Of a stretch of DNA of 64,000 nucleotides, positions 38,936 to 48,238 are shown piece after piece. Each line of letters begins with the position of its first letter. The stretch's first letter is position 1. The DNA comes from a virus, in IMG/VR virus record IMGVR_UViG_3300012009_000091, positions 1 through 64,000 of that record, one strand, 5' to 3'. The notes under the pieces are model-generated. The model was not told where the DNA came from. It made no database searches and saw nothing but the letters and a program-made list of their open reading frames with translations. Both the position numbers and the translations under genes were made by a program.

Positions 38936-40093
38936 CTACTGATTACGCCGACTACGACGGCGCTTGCTCCGAGGATCTTCCTTCGGAGCATTGTTGTTTT
39001 GTGAGTTGGTGTATTCTTTCCCGTAAGCCCTAGCGGCCGAGTCGAATGGGAATGCCATTCCTAGTTCTTTTGCTTGGTCTTCCAAGGAGAGGATGCGGAG
39101 CGAGCTAGTGAAGTCCCTGCCTTCCGCGAAAGCGTCCCAGGCTCCTTGAGGGACTTCGTAGTTCACCCAATCTTGCCAGGAGATGCGGTCGTCCCGAGTC
39201 CAGATGTAGACCGTGTCTTGTGCTTCCCCCGTCCGGTTGACCAGGGCGGGTTTCATGAAGGGAGAGCATGGGGTAGCGCCTGGGCAGGCGGTTTCTCCGT
39301 TCTCCACATGGTTGAGACAGGAATATTCCGGCTTCAGAATGTAGCCAGGGTGGTCATTTGCCACCTTGTCCTGGTTCCAGCACCCGCCTTCGTCTTCGTC
39401 TAAGCAGGGGTGTAGCTCATTCAGGATGTTGTCCCGAATCTGTTGGGCGGTTCCTTCCGCGTCCAGATCGTCAACGTCGAAGACGACGGCTCCGCATTCC
39501 GGACACACGGCCTGCTCGACGGTGCAGAGAGACAGATCCGGATTGTTCGTTTTGGCGACGCAGGTACACACGTCCTCGAGGGTGCCGACGTACTTCATGA
39601 AGTTCATCCAATGGGTGATGCCCATCCGAAAATCACGAGCGCCGCCGATGATCGCCCCGTCCGGTGCTTTGGTTCCTGTCCGTCTGGGTTGCCAGATGGT
39701 GTACCGTTCTCGGCCATTGCGACCTGTTTCGATGACGTAGTGGTTCGGGTCCCAAACGCCGAGGAAAACGTATTCTATCTCTTGGATTTGGTACTTTCGA
39801 TCGTTCCACTTGGTTCCAGCTTCCGCCTCACGGCCCGCACAGAAAACGCAGTGACCGTCGAAACCGTCAACTTCGGCGGTACATCGGAAGAGGGATCGTC
39901 CTGTCACTTTCGACTTGTGAGCGACCAGCATCTCGAGCTGCTGATTACCTTCAGCATCTTCCATGGGAATGAAGGGCGCAGTCACGCCATTCGGAACCGC
40001 GATAGGCCACTTTCGCAGGGACTGTAGTGCGTAGTCTTTGTTACGTGCTTTGCCACGGAGTGCGCTTCGTTTTCTCATCTCTGCGATACTCAT
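38936..40093 (-). CDS. Cys-rich putative single-stranded DNA-binding protein
   Basis: Lies between primase and polymerase. H...C...CxxC cluster and RTGEAQDTVY segment are reminiscent of gp32-like SSBs; extra Cys clusters. Confidence 0.5.
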   Translation of the reverse strand: MSIAEMRKRSALRGKARNKDYALQSLRKWPIAVPNGVTAPFIPMEDAEGNQQLEMLVAHKSKVTGRSLFRCTAEVDGFDGHCVFCAGREAEAGTKWNDRKYQIQEIEYVFLGVWDPNHYVIETGRNGRERYTIWQPRRTGTKAPDGAIIGGARDFRMGITHWMNFMKYVGTLEDVCTCVAKTNNPDLSLCTVEQAVCPECGAVVFDVDDLDAEGTAQQIRDNILNELHPCLDEDEGGCWNQDKVANDHPGYILKPEYSCLNHVENGETACPGATPCSPFMKPALVNRTGEAQDTVYIWTRDDRISWQDWVNYEVPQGAWDAFAEGRDFTSSLRILSLEDQAKELGMAFPFDSAARAYGKEYTNSQNNNAPKEDPRSKRRRSRRNQ

Positions 40094-41060
40094 GTTGTTT
40101 TCTCCATTCGAGAAATGTTTGAGGTTTGCGGACTAGACGTGTGATCTCTCTGAGATCTGATACATCACTGATGTCCTTTACCTCTTTTGTTAGGACGACT
40201 TTCGGATGAGTAAACCGAAGAAGTCGCCGGCCCAATTTGTCGACAGCTTGCTGTCCCGGTTTATCATTGTCTAGAGCAATAATGAACCGACACTTAGTTC
40301 GGTAGTGCAGCCGTCTGAGGATGTCTACTTGTTGGCGGGTGAATTGAACTCCCAAAAGCCCTACTCCAACGATCCCAGCTTGATGCAGTCTCATTACTTC
40401 CTTGAACCCTTCACAGATCAGCACAGATTCTCGTGCGTTGACAGTGTACGCTCGTTGGATGTTGTAGATCAGCTGAGCCCGTTTTGGGGTGTAGTCTTCT
40501 GGAGCTAGGTTGTATAGGTCCTCCTCTCGATAGATTTTGTATTTCGGAATGACGTTCGGATATGGGGTCCTCCCTGATATGGCCATGAGTTGATTGTATT
40601 GGTTTCGGATGGGAAATGTGATTCGTCCAATGCCTGTATCGTAACCGATTTCAAAGGCGTAGAGGAGTTCTTCCGGCCATCCGTCATTCAGCATGGTCTT
40701 CGGACATTTGTGAAACAAAGCGAGGGTTTCTTCCGGAAGAATGGAGTCGGCATTCCGCTGTCCGACCGGTGTGATCTGCTTGCGTTTAGCTGGACGTCTT
40801 GGCCTTTTGGCTCCTTGTAGAAGCTGTTTGACTTGTTCCTGACTGTATCCCAAGCGGAGCAGTAAAGAATCGATCCAACCACCGCCACACCCAGACCAGC
40901 ACACCCACGTCCCCATATTGAGGCTCATTCCAAAACTGGGATTACGATCTGGATGGAGGGGACAACACGCACGTATACGCGGGTGCCCGTCACCTCCTAT
41001 GTAGTGATTAACTCTCTCCAGCTGGTCGACTACTAGTTGTACTGCAGTCTCTAAGCTCAT
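40041..41060 (-). CDS. dnaG: DnaG-type primase (CHC2 zinc finger plus TOPRIM)
   Basis: CPLHPDRNPSF...CWSGC; RITFPI...SGR; ICEG; ALDNDKPG; KD. Confidence 0.9.
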   Translation of the reverse strand: MSLETAVQLVVDQLERVNHYIGGDGHPRIRACCPLHPDRNPSFGMSLNMGTWVCWSGCGGGWIDSLLLRLGYSQEQVKQLLQGAKRPRRPAKRKQITPVGQRNADSILPEETLALFHKCPKTMLNDGWPEELLYAFEIGYDTGIGRITFPIRNQYNQLMAISGRTPYPNVIPKYKIYREEDLYNLAPEDYTPKRAQLIYNIQRAYTVNARESVLICEGFKEVMRLHQAGIVGVGLLGVQFTRQQVDILRRLHYRTKCRFIIALDNDKPGQQAVDKLGRRLLRFTHPKVVLTKEVKDISDVSDLREITRLVRKPQTFLEWRKQHEYRRDEKTKRTPWQST

Positions 41061-41061
41061 G

Positions 41062-42357
41062 TCAGTCCCTCTCGTAGAGCTTATCTTGTGGTTTTTTCCG
41101 TCGTCTTCTCCTTGGACTAGTGTCTGATGATGACTTCTGAATTCTCGGGTCGTCGTAAGGAATCTCTGCTAAATTGGTGCAGGGTTCCCACGCTGTGTAC
41201 CAGTCGTCGACGTCTGCTTCTCTGGCAGCACGTACCTCAAATTTTCGGTAGCCTTGCTTCTTATATAGTTCGACGTAGATCACGGCGTCCACTACTTGTC
41301 CGATTTGGCTGGACTCGCCGACCTCTTTCTCTGTGTTTGCTTGTGTAGAAAGGATGATCGGTATGTCTTGTTTGCGGGAGAACTTTTTCAACCGTTTGCA
41401 GATGGCGCCCAATAGATGGCGTAATTCTTTATATCCGCTGAACCCGTCCATGTAGATATATTGCATCTGATCAATCAAGACTATGTCTGGTGTCACCTCT
41501 TCGATGATCCCCTCAACAGAGTCGACGGACATGGTTGCTTCATCATCTCCGCTGTCGTAGATGATGAAGTTCTTCATTTCCGAGAATGATGTAATAACCT
41601 GCAAGAGTTTAAGTCGGTTTTGTTCTGCCGCTGGACTGTCACCGAGGAACAGTTCGCGAGTTCGAAATTCTCGGTAGGGGAACTGTCCTCGAATGGCGTG
41701 GGTACGATCGGTAAGAGTTGAAGCTCGCATTTCCGCAGGTGAGATGAGGAGTACGCGGTATCCTTTCCATGACATGTATTCTGCGATCTCGAGTAGAGCG
41801 AATGTCTTGCCTTGCTTTTTCAAACCGTAGAAGACAAAGACTTCTCCGCCGTGAATGCCGAGAGTGGCATGTTGTAGTGTTTTCCATGGAAGAGGTATGG
41901 ACGTTTCCATTGCGTCTAGAGAAATGCGGCGCTCGAACTCTGCGTCCGCATGAGATCCGACAGTATACAGAGGGGTCTTTCCAAATTTCGCACTCAAAGC
42001 ACTGAACTCACGCGCAAGTTTGCGCGCAGCCTCTTGTGGTGTGTATTGCATCAGCAAGTCTTCTGAGCGCAACTGTAGATCTCGATACCCGATTTCGGTT
42101 AGTTCGGCGGCGACGTGCTCACAGAGAATATCAATGTGCGTGTCGACATGATCTACTAGTTCAACATTAGGCAGGCTGCGCAACAGCGCCTGACGAGACG
42201 GTATTTCTCCTGTTGTTTGGTAGCAATAGGAAATGTACTCGAGTGCATCTTGTGCATCTGGATCAGTGAGTGCCTGCGGCGCGATGTGGTACGTACGTAG
42301 GGTACGAAGATCTCCTGTATCGATGACCCTGGTGATGAGGGCCATTTGATGACTCAT
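41062..42357 (-). CDS. dnaB: DnaB-like replicative helicase
   Basis: Walker A GLKKQGKT, EM, Walker B VLIDQ, LKKFS...IPIILSTQAN, SSQIGQVVD. Confidence 0.85.
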   Translation of the reverse strand: MSHQMALITRVIDTGDLRTLRTYHIAPQALTDPDAQDALEYISYCYQTTGEIPSRQALLRSLPNVELVDHVDTHIDILCEHVAAELTEIGYRDLQLRSEDLLMQYTPQEAARKLAREFSALSAKFGKTPLYTVGSHADAEFERRISLDAMETSIPLPWKTLQHATLGIHGGEVFVFYGLKKQGKTFALLEIAEYMSWKGYRVLLISPAEMRASTLTDRTHAIRGQFPYREFRTRELFLGDSPAAEQNRLKLLQVITSFSEMKNFIIYDSGDDEATMSVDSVEGIIEEVTPDIVLIDQMQYIYMDGFSGYKELRHLLGAICKRLKKFSRKQDIPIILSTQANTEKEVGESSQIGQVVDAVIYVELYKKQGYRKFEVRAAREADVDDWYTAWEPCTNLAEIPYDDPRIQKSSSDTSPRRRRRKKPQDKLYERD

Positions 42358-42403
42358 TCAACCCTCCGTATTGGATCATGTAAGGTACTCCGATCAGGCC
42401 TTT

Positions 42404-42700
42404 TCAAGAGTCCATGGTGATGCGGGGAGATTTGTTCTTGGGTGCCTCTTGTCCACTTTCGCCGAGTGTATTCTCCACGTCTCGCTGTACCGACTGTACG
42501 AGCTCTTTCATCTTGGCCGCTGTTTCTGGAGACCATGTTACCACCACCATCGCATCCATGAGCGCGTTGAACTCGACATCAGCCGTCGAGATCTTCACCT
42601 CCGGGATACGTACATCTACTGGCTGATCGTCCCAGTCAAATGCCGCGGTGACTCTGAAGTCGACGGATGGGATATATTTGACCTTACTACTCTTCAACAT
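42404..42700 (-). CDS. Hypothetical protein
   Basis: ATG 42700 with GGAGG SD. Confidence 0.6.
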   Translation of the reverse strand: MLKSSKVKYIPSVDFRVTAAFDWDDQPVDVRIPEVKISTADVEFNALMDAMVVVTWSPETAAKMKELVQSVQRDVENTLGESGQEAPKNKSPRITMDS

Positions 42701-43067
42701 CTTGATCCTCCATGAATGGGAAACCGCGCCGTTCGGGACGTCCATATTCTGGGATCCACCCATCTTCTAGGGCTTCTATCCAATCCAACGCCCGGTCGGC
42801 ACACAACTCGGCTAGCATACTATGAGGACCTCCGTCAAAGAAGTCTTCATCGTTGACTGCCAGTTTGGCGGACATTTCGACTGTCACCGATTGGTAGTCT
42901 CCGGTTGCCGTGAACCGAACAGTCGCGCCGATCTCATTGTTGCGGTCGGTCTTTCGCGCTATCTTATGTAGATTATCCAATCCAGGATAGTCTACTTCAG
43001 CCACTCTCGTGCCTGTGTTTCGATCTTTGAGTTCGATTCGTCCAGACCAGTAGTTTCTTCTTGTCAT
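42687..43067 (-). CDS. Hypothetical protein
   Basis: GGAG SD; TGATG coupling to the upstream gene. Confidence 0.6.
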   Translation of the reverse strand: MTRRNYWSGRIELKDRNTGTRVAEVDYPGLDNLHKIARKTDRNNEIGATVRFTATGDYQSVTVEMSAKLAVNDEDFFDGGPHSMLAELCADRALDWIEALEDGWIPEYGRPERRGFPFMEDQDVEE

Positions 43068-43621
43068 CAATTGTCTCCTGTCGGTTTGAATGATGCTCGC
43101 CGTGTATTCGGTTCGCGGGTGACGATCCCTGCGTCTATGAGTGCTTCTTCGTCGATCTCTCCGGCCTTGACGAGCTTCTTCCAGACGCCGCGATCGACTT
43201 TTATTTCACGTCGGAGAAGGGGCTTTCCTTTGTGTTCCATTTTGAGATCTACATGTTGCTCGAGTTTTTCCAGATCGAATGTGTAGCCGTATCCTCCAGA
43301 CGTACTTTTGCACTTCCATCCCTTGTATTCGATTGCCCTTTGTGTTTTGCGGGCGAGTTCATGGCCCCGAGCTACGAGTGTGTTTCGTCGACTGAGCAAA
43401 GTCGATTCTTGTTCTTCCCAGCTCGTAGGCGCGGGAGTGTTGGTTGAGAGGTCCTCTACTTGCTCGAGGAGATCGGGATGCTGCTTCAGCGTCTCGTAGA
43501 GCAGATGGGCCTGGTTTTTTTCCTGCTGAAGGATCGATAATTTGCCGTCTATTATGTGGATGTTGTCGATGATGCGACGTACAGATCCGGTGCCACGATC
43601 CATTTTCATCGTTGTCTTCAT
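43067..43621 (-). CDS. Hypothetical coiled-coil protein
   Basis: ATG 43621 with AGGAG SD. Confidence 0.6.
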   Translation of the reverse strand: MKTTMKMDRGTGSVRRIIDNIHIIDGKLSILQQEKNQAHLLYETLKQHPDLLEQVEDLSTNTPAPTSWEEQESTLLSRRNTLVARGHELARKTQRAIEYKGWKCKSTSGGYGYTFDLEKLEQHVDLKMEHKGKPLLRREIKVDRGVWKKLVKAGEIDEEALIDAGIVTREPNTRRASFKPTGDN

Positions 43622-43629
43622 GGGGTCTC

Positions 43630-44382
43630 CTATACGACGTACTTGGCGACATCTTTGATGTAGCTGCTGATTTGACTGCCGGTGTATTGCGCCTGGATGT
43701 AATCCACGACCGCTTGGGCTCGAACCAGACTCCACACAAATTGGTAGTAGGGGTGCGTACCTTGAGCCAGTTTGTGGCCATTGGTGATCGATGGGTAGTC
43801 GTCAGTACGGCTGTCCAGTTTGCGGTTCACGTAGGACGGGTGCCATGTGATCATCGCTTCATATGTCAAGTTTCCCTTTACGCGACTAGGAATGGTAAAC
43901 GCGGCCACTTCTCCTCTTACACTGCCGATCGACACATTACCTAGAAGCGCTTTGGCCGCGTGGGTGCCCATAGCAATAATGAGAAGAGGGTCTACGTGGT
44001 AGATTTCTTCGTATAGTCGAGGTCGGCATGCTTTTACTTCGGCATCTGTTGGGGCGATGCTTTTTTTCCAATTGTCGTGATCGCACGGTCGACACATCAC
44101 CGCGTTGGTGATCCGAATGGAGCTTCTATCGATGTCGATAATGCTCAATACATCGTCGAGTAGCTCCCCTGATTGACCGGTAAATGGCATGCCAGTTTTC
44201 TCATCATGTCGTCCTGGGGCTTCCCCGATGATCATGATGTCGGCATTCAAATCACCTGCCCCCCAAACTGGAGGGCCTCTCCGTCTGGCCGCAATTTCGC
44301 AACGTTCACACTCTTCGTTCCAGCCCTCCTCATCCATCCAGGACTCGAACCGGTTGGGGTCCAGAATTCCTATGTTTTCCAT
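43630..44382 (-). CDS. udg: Uracil-DNA glycosylase family 4 (Fe-S)
   Basis: CERC, IGEAPG..D...G.PF.G.SG, TNAVMCRP, EVKAC, HPSY. Confidence 0.92.
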   Translation of the reverse strand: MENIGILDPNRFESWMDEEGWNEECERCEIAARRRGPPVWGAGDLNADIMIIGEAPGRHDEKTGMPFTGQSGELLDDVLSIIDIDRSSIRITNAVMCRPCDHDNWKKSIAPTDAEVKACRPRLYEEIYHVDPLLIIAMGTHAAKALLGNVSIGSVRGEVAAFTIPSRVKGNLTYEAMITWHPSYVNRKLDSRTDDYPSITNGHKLAQGTHPYYQFVWSLVRAQAVVDYIQAQYTGSQISSYIKDVAKYVV

Positions 44383-45722
44383 GTGGTCCTCCTGATTTGA
44401 TATGCATAGCGAATACAGTTCCGTTCAAACCCACGAAAGGTGCGATTGAGCAGCGGAACGTCTGTGGGGTTGTAGGCGAAAACCATGGGTTGTTTCTTGT
44501 CAGGGTGCTCTCTGACGATTCTTCCTAGTCCTTGGATGAATCGCCGTGTCCCAGACCACGGCAGACAGATGTGTAGCGTGTCCAACTCCGGTTTATCGAG
44601 CCCTTCTGTTGCAATCGACGCGCTGGCGAGAATCGTGTCACATGTTGTGAGGATGTCTTGCCGTTTCTTTGCGTCCGTATCGCCGACGAGGACTTTTGAG
44701 TTCGGTATACGGTTGGACAAGAGACGCAACTGTTCGATTCGATCACTCAAGATTAATTGAAGTCGTCCGTTTTTTTGATTCTCTACAATGTAGTGGGTGA
44801 TAGCGTCGTTGATGCGGCTGGCCGCCACTTCGTTAATGGTGCGCGCACGTTCAGAATCTACACCAGCGTCGAAGGCAAAGATCCGCCGCTTCGCCAATGC
44901 GGATAATTGCGCTTCGACATCTACGATAGTGACCATCGGGTCTAGATCCGTCTCTTCACTTCGATAGATGACGCGGCCGATATGGTTCAAGAAAACTCTT
45001 TCTCGACCGGCCATCGCCACTGTTGCGCTGAGACCAACTCGAACACCGTTGCAGATTGGAAGGGCATGTCGAAATGATCGGCCTTGATAGTGGTGAACCT
45101 CATCGTAAATGGCCAATCCGAATTGCCCGCTGAGGTGTAGGCTTTTATCTCGATTGCGGGATAAAGATTGAGCCATACCGACTACCAGATCTTTTCCTTG
45201 CCAGGTCCACTTCCCTCGCTCCCCACCGATGCTCCCGATCTTCTCTTCTGGAAGCCCCATGAGTTGGACAGCCCCTTTTATCCATTGCGATTGGATAATG
45301 GCTGTGTTTACCACTACGAGTGTTGGAACTGCGTAGTGTTGCATGAGTTGATATCCAACGGCCGTCTTTCCTGTGCCTGGCGGTAACTCGATGATACCTC
45401 CTCCAGCTTCGAGGAGACAGTCAATTGCCTCGGCTTGTACGCGCTGAGCCCGCACTGATTTGGCGCCTTGTGGGCTTACGGAGCGCGTACAAGCCGCAAA
45501 GGCCACGGGGACTGGCGGATCCAGTCGATCTACTGGCAGACTGAGCTGCGCCATTGTTTCGTCTGTCAGTAACTCACGAGGTACTGCCCACACATCCCCC
45601 AGATCCCGGAATTCTTGAATGACCGTGTTGTCTGGATAAACACACGCTGCTTTGCGTTTCAAGAAGTGCGGATTGAGGGATCCTTTGGGAAAGTAGGCCC
45701 ATGACCCTTTGATGACCTTCAT
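44370..45722 (-). CDS. Superfamily 2 DNA helicase (UvsW/XPB-like)
   Basis: PPGTGKT, DEVHH, GLSAT, EGLD.PEL, QGLGRIVR. Confidence 0.9.
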   Translation of the reverse strand: MKVIKGSWAYFPKGSLNPHFLKRKAACVYPDNTVIQEFRDLGDVWAVPRELLTDETMAQLSLPVDRLDPPVPVAFAACTRSVSPQGAKSVRAQRVQAEAIDCLLEAGGGIIELPPGTGKTAVGYQLMQHYAVPTLVVVNTAIIQSQWIKGAVQLMGLPEEKIGSIGGERGKWTWQGKDLVVGMAQSLSRNRDKSLHLSGQFGLAIYDEVHHYQGRSFRHALPICNGVRVGLSATVAMAGRERVFLNHIGRVIYRSEETDLDPMVTIVDVEAQLSALAKRRIFAFDAGVDSERARTINEVAASRINDAITHYIVENQKNGRLQLILSDRIEQLRLLSNRIPNSKVLVGDTDAKKRQDILTTCDTILASASIATEGLDKPELDTLHICLPWSGTRRFIQGLGRIVREHPDKKQPMVFAYNPTDVPLLNRTFRGFERNCIRYAYQIRRTTWKT

Positions 45723-46219
45723 TTGATGTCCTTCTTAGTGAGCCAGTCATTTGTCAGTACCATCAAGCCGACTCCGTATGCTCCGTTCAGGAGCGCTTTT
45801 GTTTTATCGGCGATCCGGGCTTCCATCGGTCGTTTGCGCTCCGCGGGTTTCGACCGGCCGGTGAACAGTGTACTACTGATGTCCAGCAGAGTCTCGCGGT
45901 TCACCATTCGCTGGACCCGCCTTCTTCTTTTCTGATACTCGAACTCTTCGGCGTCCAGTTCATCCACCTCTTCTTCTTCGTCCTCCTCGTCCTCCTCGTC
46001 CTTCGCGTCCACAAGGACGTCTCCGTATTCTTCTTCCAGTAGGGCAAGCTCTTCCTCTAACTCGCGTTCCTTTTTTCTTTTGCGCCTTCGCCTGTGTGCT
46101 AGAGTCTCTCGAACAGATCGTCGATGTCGTTTTCGGCGACGTCTCTTCTGGGGACTTTCTTCGTTTTCGTCAAGGGCATCTGTGTCGTCTCCATACTTCG
46201 ACGTGTACCAGTCATTCAT
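45719..46219 (-). CDS. Charge-segregated (Arg runs plus D/E tract) hypothetical protein
   Basis: GGAGG SD; first gene of the replication block. Confidence 0.65.
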   Translation of the reverse strand: MNDWYTSKYGDDTDALDENEESPQKRRRRKRHRRSVRETLAHRRRRKRKKERELEEELALLEEEYGDVLVDAKDEEDEEDEEEEVDELDAEEFEYQKRRRRVQRMVNRETLLDISSTLFTGRSKPAERKRPMEARIADKTKALLNGAYGVGLMVLTNDWLTKKDIK

Positions 46220-46271
46220 AGCGTCGTAACCTCCGGTTTAGGTGCTGCCACTTATACGGAGTGTCCACTCG

Positions 46272-46300
46272 TTGACGCCCCTGATTTCTCAGGGTAAGCT
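46272..46300 (+). promoter_or_regulatory. Sigma70-like promoter TTGACG-N17-TAAGCT with an inverted repeat in the spacer
   Basis: Lies in the divergent intergenic region; spacer contains CCCTGA-tttc-TCAGGG. Confidence 0.6.
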
Positions 46301-46325
46301 GGGGATCGAATAACGGAGGATAGTC

Positions 46326-47429
46326 ATGCTTCAAGTAGATCCTTACGACGATAATCGAGAGCGGTTGAATCAACTTCCAGTCGAACTACGTGATGAATTG
46401 CTCAAAACAGGAGCAGATTTGACGTCGACACTCAATTCTCTTCCAGATGTTGACTTTGCTTTGGTCGTAGTGGCTCCCGGTGAGGACAATCGGATTCATA
46501 AGTTTCGGAAGTTTGCGTGTGTGGATGAGGGAAACACAGCCCAGTCCGTGTGGTACTTTTTACAGACGCGCAATCATCTGCCGGATGAGATGCGGAAGGT
46601 GGCTGCACAAAATCTTTTGCGAAGTGCGCGGGATTTTGAGCTCACCCCACCGCCCGATTTGGTGCTGTTGGCCGAAGAGGAAGATCCTTTGCCCGTCACC
46701 AATGTTGTTATCTCCTCTATGGACAAGATCGCGTCGTTTCTTCCTCCGCCAGAAACGGTGGAAAAGATCGCGTCCGAACCTGTTCCTGTGATCAACTGCA
46801 AAGAAGATGTCTTCGACGCTCTTGCTTACTACCACGACAACGCCTTTGCTTTGGATGGGTGGGAAAAGCAAGCACTGGCCCGTCTGCTCGTTCCAGCGGC
46901 CGAAAGATTCGAGGTATCTGTGCCGACGGAGATCGAAAAGCGCGCGGCAGATACCTATGCCGCGGATCTGGTGGAAGCCGTTGTGTGTCGTCAGGTTATG
47001 TTGGCTCCTGAGGATGACTCAGAAGAGTCTTTCCAGAAGGTCGCTCATGTGAACGGCCAGTATCAAAGTCTACTGTGGAGCCGAGCTGATATGGGCCCTA
47101 CCGAATTCGCGCATGAACTTGATCGGATCGACAGTCTGGCTCAACTAGACGGATTTGTTCCAGATGCGGTGTATTCGACCTTCGGGAAGGTTGCGCAAAC
47201 TCAGCCAGATCCTATTTTTGATAACGGGGTCAACAAGCTTTATGAGGACGAGCTCGTCTGGTTTTGTCAGAGCTATCCCAAGATGGTGGAAAACCAATTC
47301 GGAGAGGAGCTTGCAACCGCCATTCTGAAGAAGCCCGTTGTGATTTTTCAATCCCTACCGAAGCCAGTTCAGGTCGCGTTAGCTCGTCTGATTGCTCAGA
47401 AGAAGTCTGAGTACGGGGTTCAACTGTGA
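46326..47429 (+). CDS. K-x-A-motif-rich protein, putative prohead core/scaffold
   Basis: GGAGG SD. Motifs RKVA, DKIA, EKIA, EKQA, EKRA, QKVA, GKVA; two genes upstream of the portal-like gene. Confidence 0.6.
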   Translation: MLQVDPYDDNRERLNQLPVELRDELLKTGADLTSTLNSLPDVDFALVVVAPGEDNRIHKFRKFACVDEGNTAQSVWYFLQTRNHLPDEMRKVAAQNLLRSARDFELTPPPDLVLLAEEEDPLPVTNVVISSMDKIASFLPPPETVEKIASEPVPVINCKEDVFDALAYYHDNAFALDGWEKQALARLLVPAAERFEVSVPTEIEKRAADTYAADLVEAVVCRQVMLAPEDDSEESFQKVAHVNGQYQSLLWSRADMGPTEFAHELDRIDSLAQLDGFVPDAVYSTFGKVAQTQPDPIFDNGVNKLYEDELVWFCQSYPKMVENQFGEELATAILKKPVVIFQSLPKPVQVALARLIAQKKSEYGVQL

Positions 47430-48235
47430 CGAAGGACGCCAAACCGGAAGTTCGTGTTCTGACGATCCACGGCTGGTTGGACGATCTGGATACTCTTTTC
47501 CAGGATGTCCCCGAAGGGACAGTAGATGATTTTGAGATCGACGAAGATCCTGATGAGGATCTCGATCCAGGCGTGCCCGAAGTAGTCACTACAACGTTTA
47601 CGTTGACAGATCTAGAACCGACCACCCTTCTTTTTATTCTCCGACATCAATTCGGAAAAGATTGGTGGCAGCAAGATCGAGAAGCTCTGTTTGAGCTACT
47701 ACGCACTATCGGGCAGACGGTGGATGAGCCTGACAAAGACGCTATTCGTGCGCTGCAACTTCTTCATGTGGATGAGGCGTTTTGGACAGAGTGGGAAGTA
47801 TTTAACTGGATCACGCAGGGGCTGACCGACGGACAAGTCGATTTCACCAATCTGCCTGTTCTCTCGCTGAAAGACATCATGCGATCGATGTTGATGGCCA
47901 TGATCGTAGCACAGAGTCAAAAGGTAGAAGCACATTACAGCGAGGAGACTCTCTCGTACATTGCTGCAACGTGCGTGGAGCACGGTCTTTGGGCTTTGCC
48001 CTTCCCTATGGATGTGGCACAATCCCGCATTCAGCAGATCTTGAAGTGGCGGGGAGCGTCGGATCTGCCTATTGGTCACGTGAAGCAGCTCGTCAAAGAG
48101 AGTGCGACTCCTACGCCCGTAGACGAAGTGTCTACGCAAGCGTACCGATTCCGACTCCTCTTGGATTTTGCCATTCAAGGTCTGAAAGAGACGAAGTCGG
48201 AAATTGACGCTTACAGAGACGCAGTCAAGGAATAG
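47426..48235 (+). CDS. Hypothetical helical protein (head module)
   Basis: GTGA overlap; lies between the K-x-A protein and the portal-like gene. Confidence 0.65.
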   Translation: MTKDAKPEVRVLTIHGWLDDLDTLFQDVPEGTVDDFEIDEDPDEDLDPGVPEVVTTTFTLTDLEPTTLLFILRHQFGKDWWQQDREALFELLRTIGQTVDEPDKDAIRALQLLHVDEAFWTEWEVFNWITQGLTDGQVDFTNLPVLSLKDIMRSMLMAMIVAQSQKVEAHYSEETLSYIAATCVEHGLWALPFPMDVAQSRIQQILKWRGASDLPIGHVKQLVKESATPTPVDEVSTQAYRFRLLLDFAIQGLKETKSEIDAYRDAVKE

Positions 48236-48238
48236 AAT

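Noticed and set aside
43630-44382. Uracil-substituted or hypermodified genome
   Set aside because: An apparently intact family-4 UDG argues against dU-DNA, and no base-modification enzymes were recognised in this window.
31708-45935. Numerous + strand ORFs opposite the replication genes, and - strand ORFs opposite structural genes
   Set aside because: They fully overlap well-supported genes on the other strand and lack recognisable motifs.
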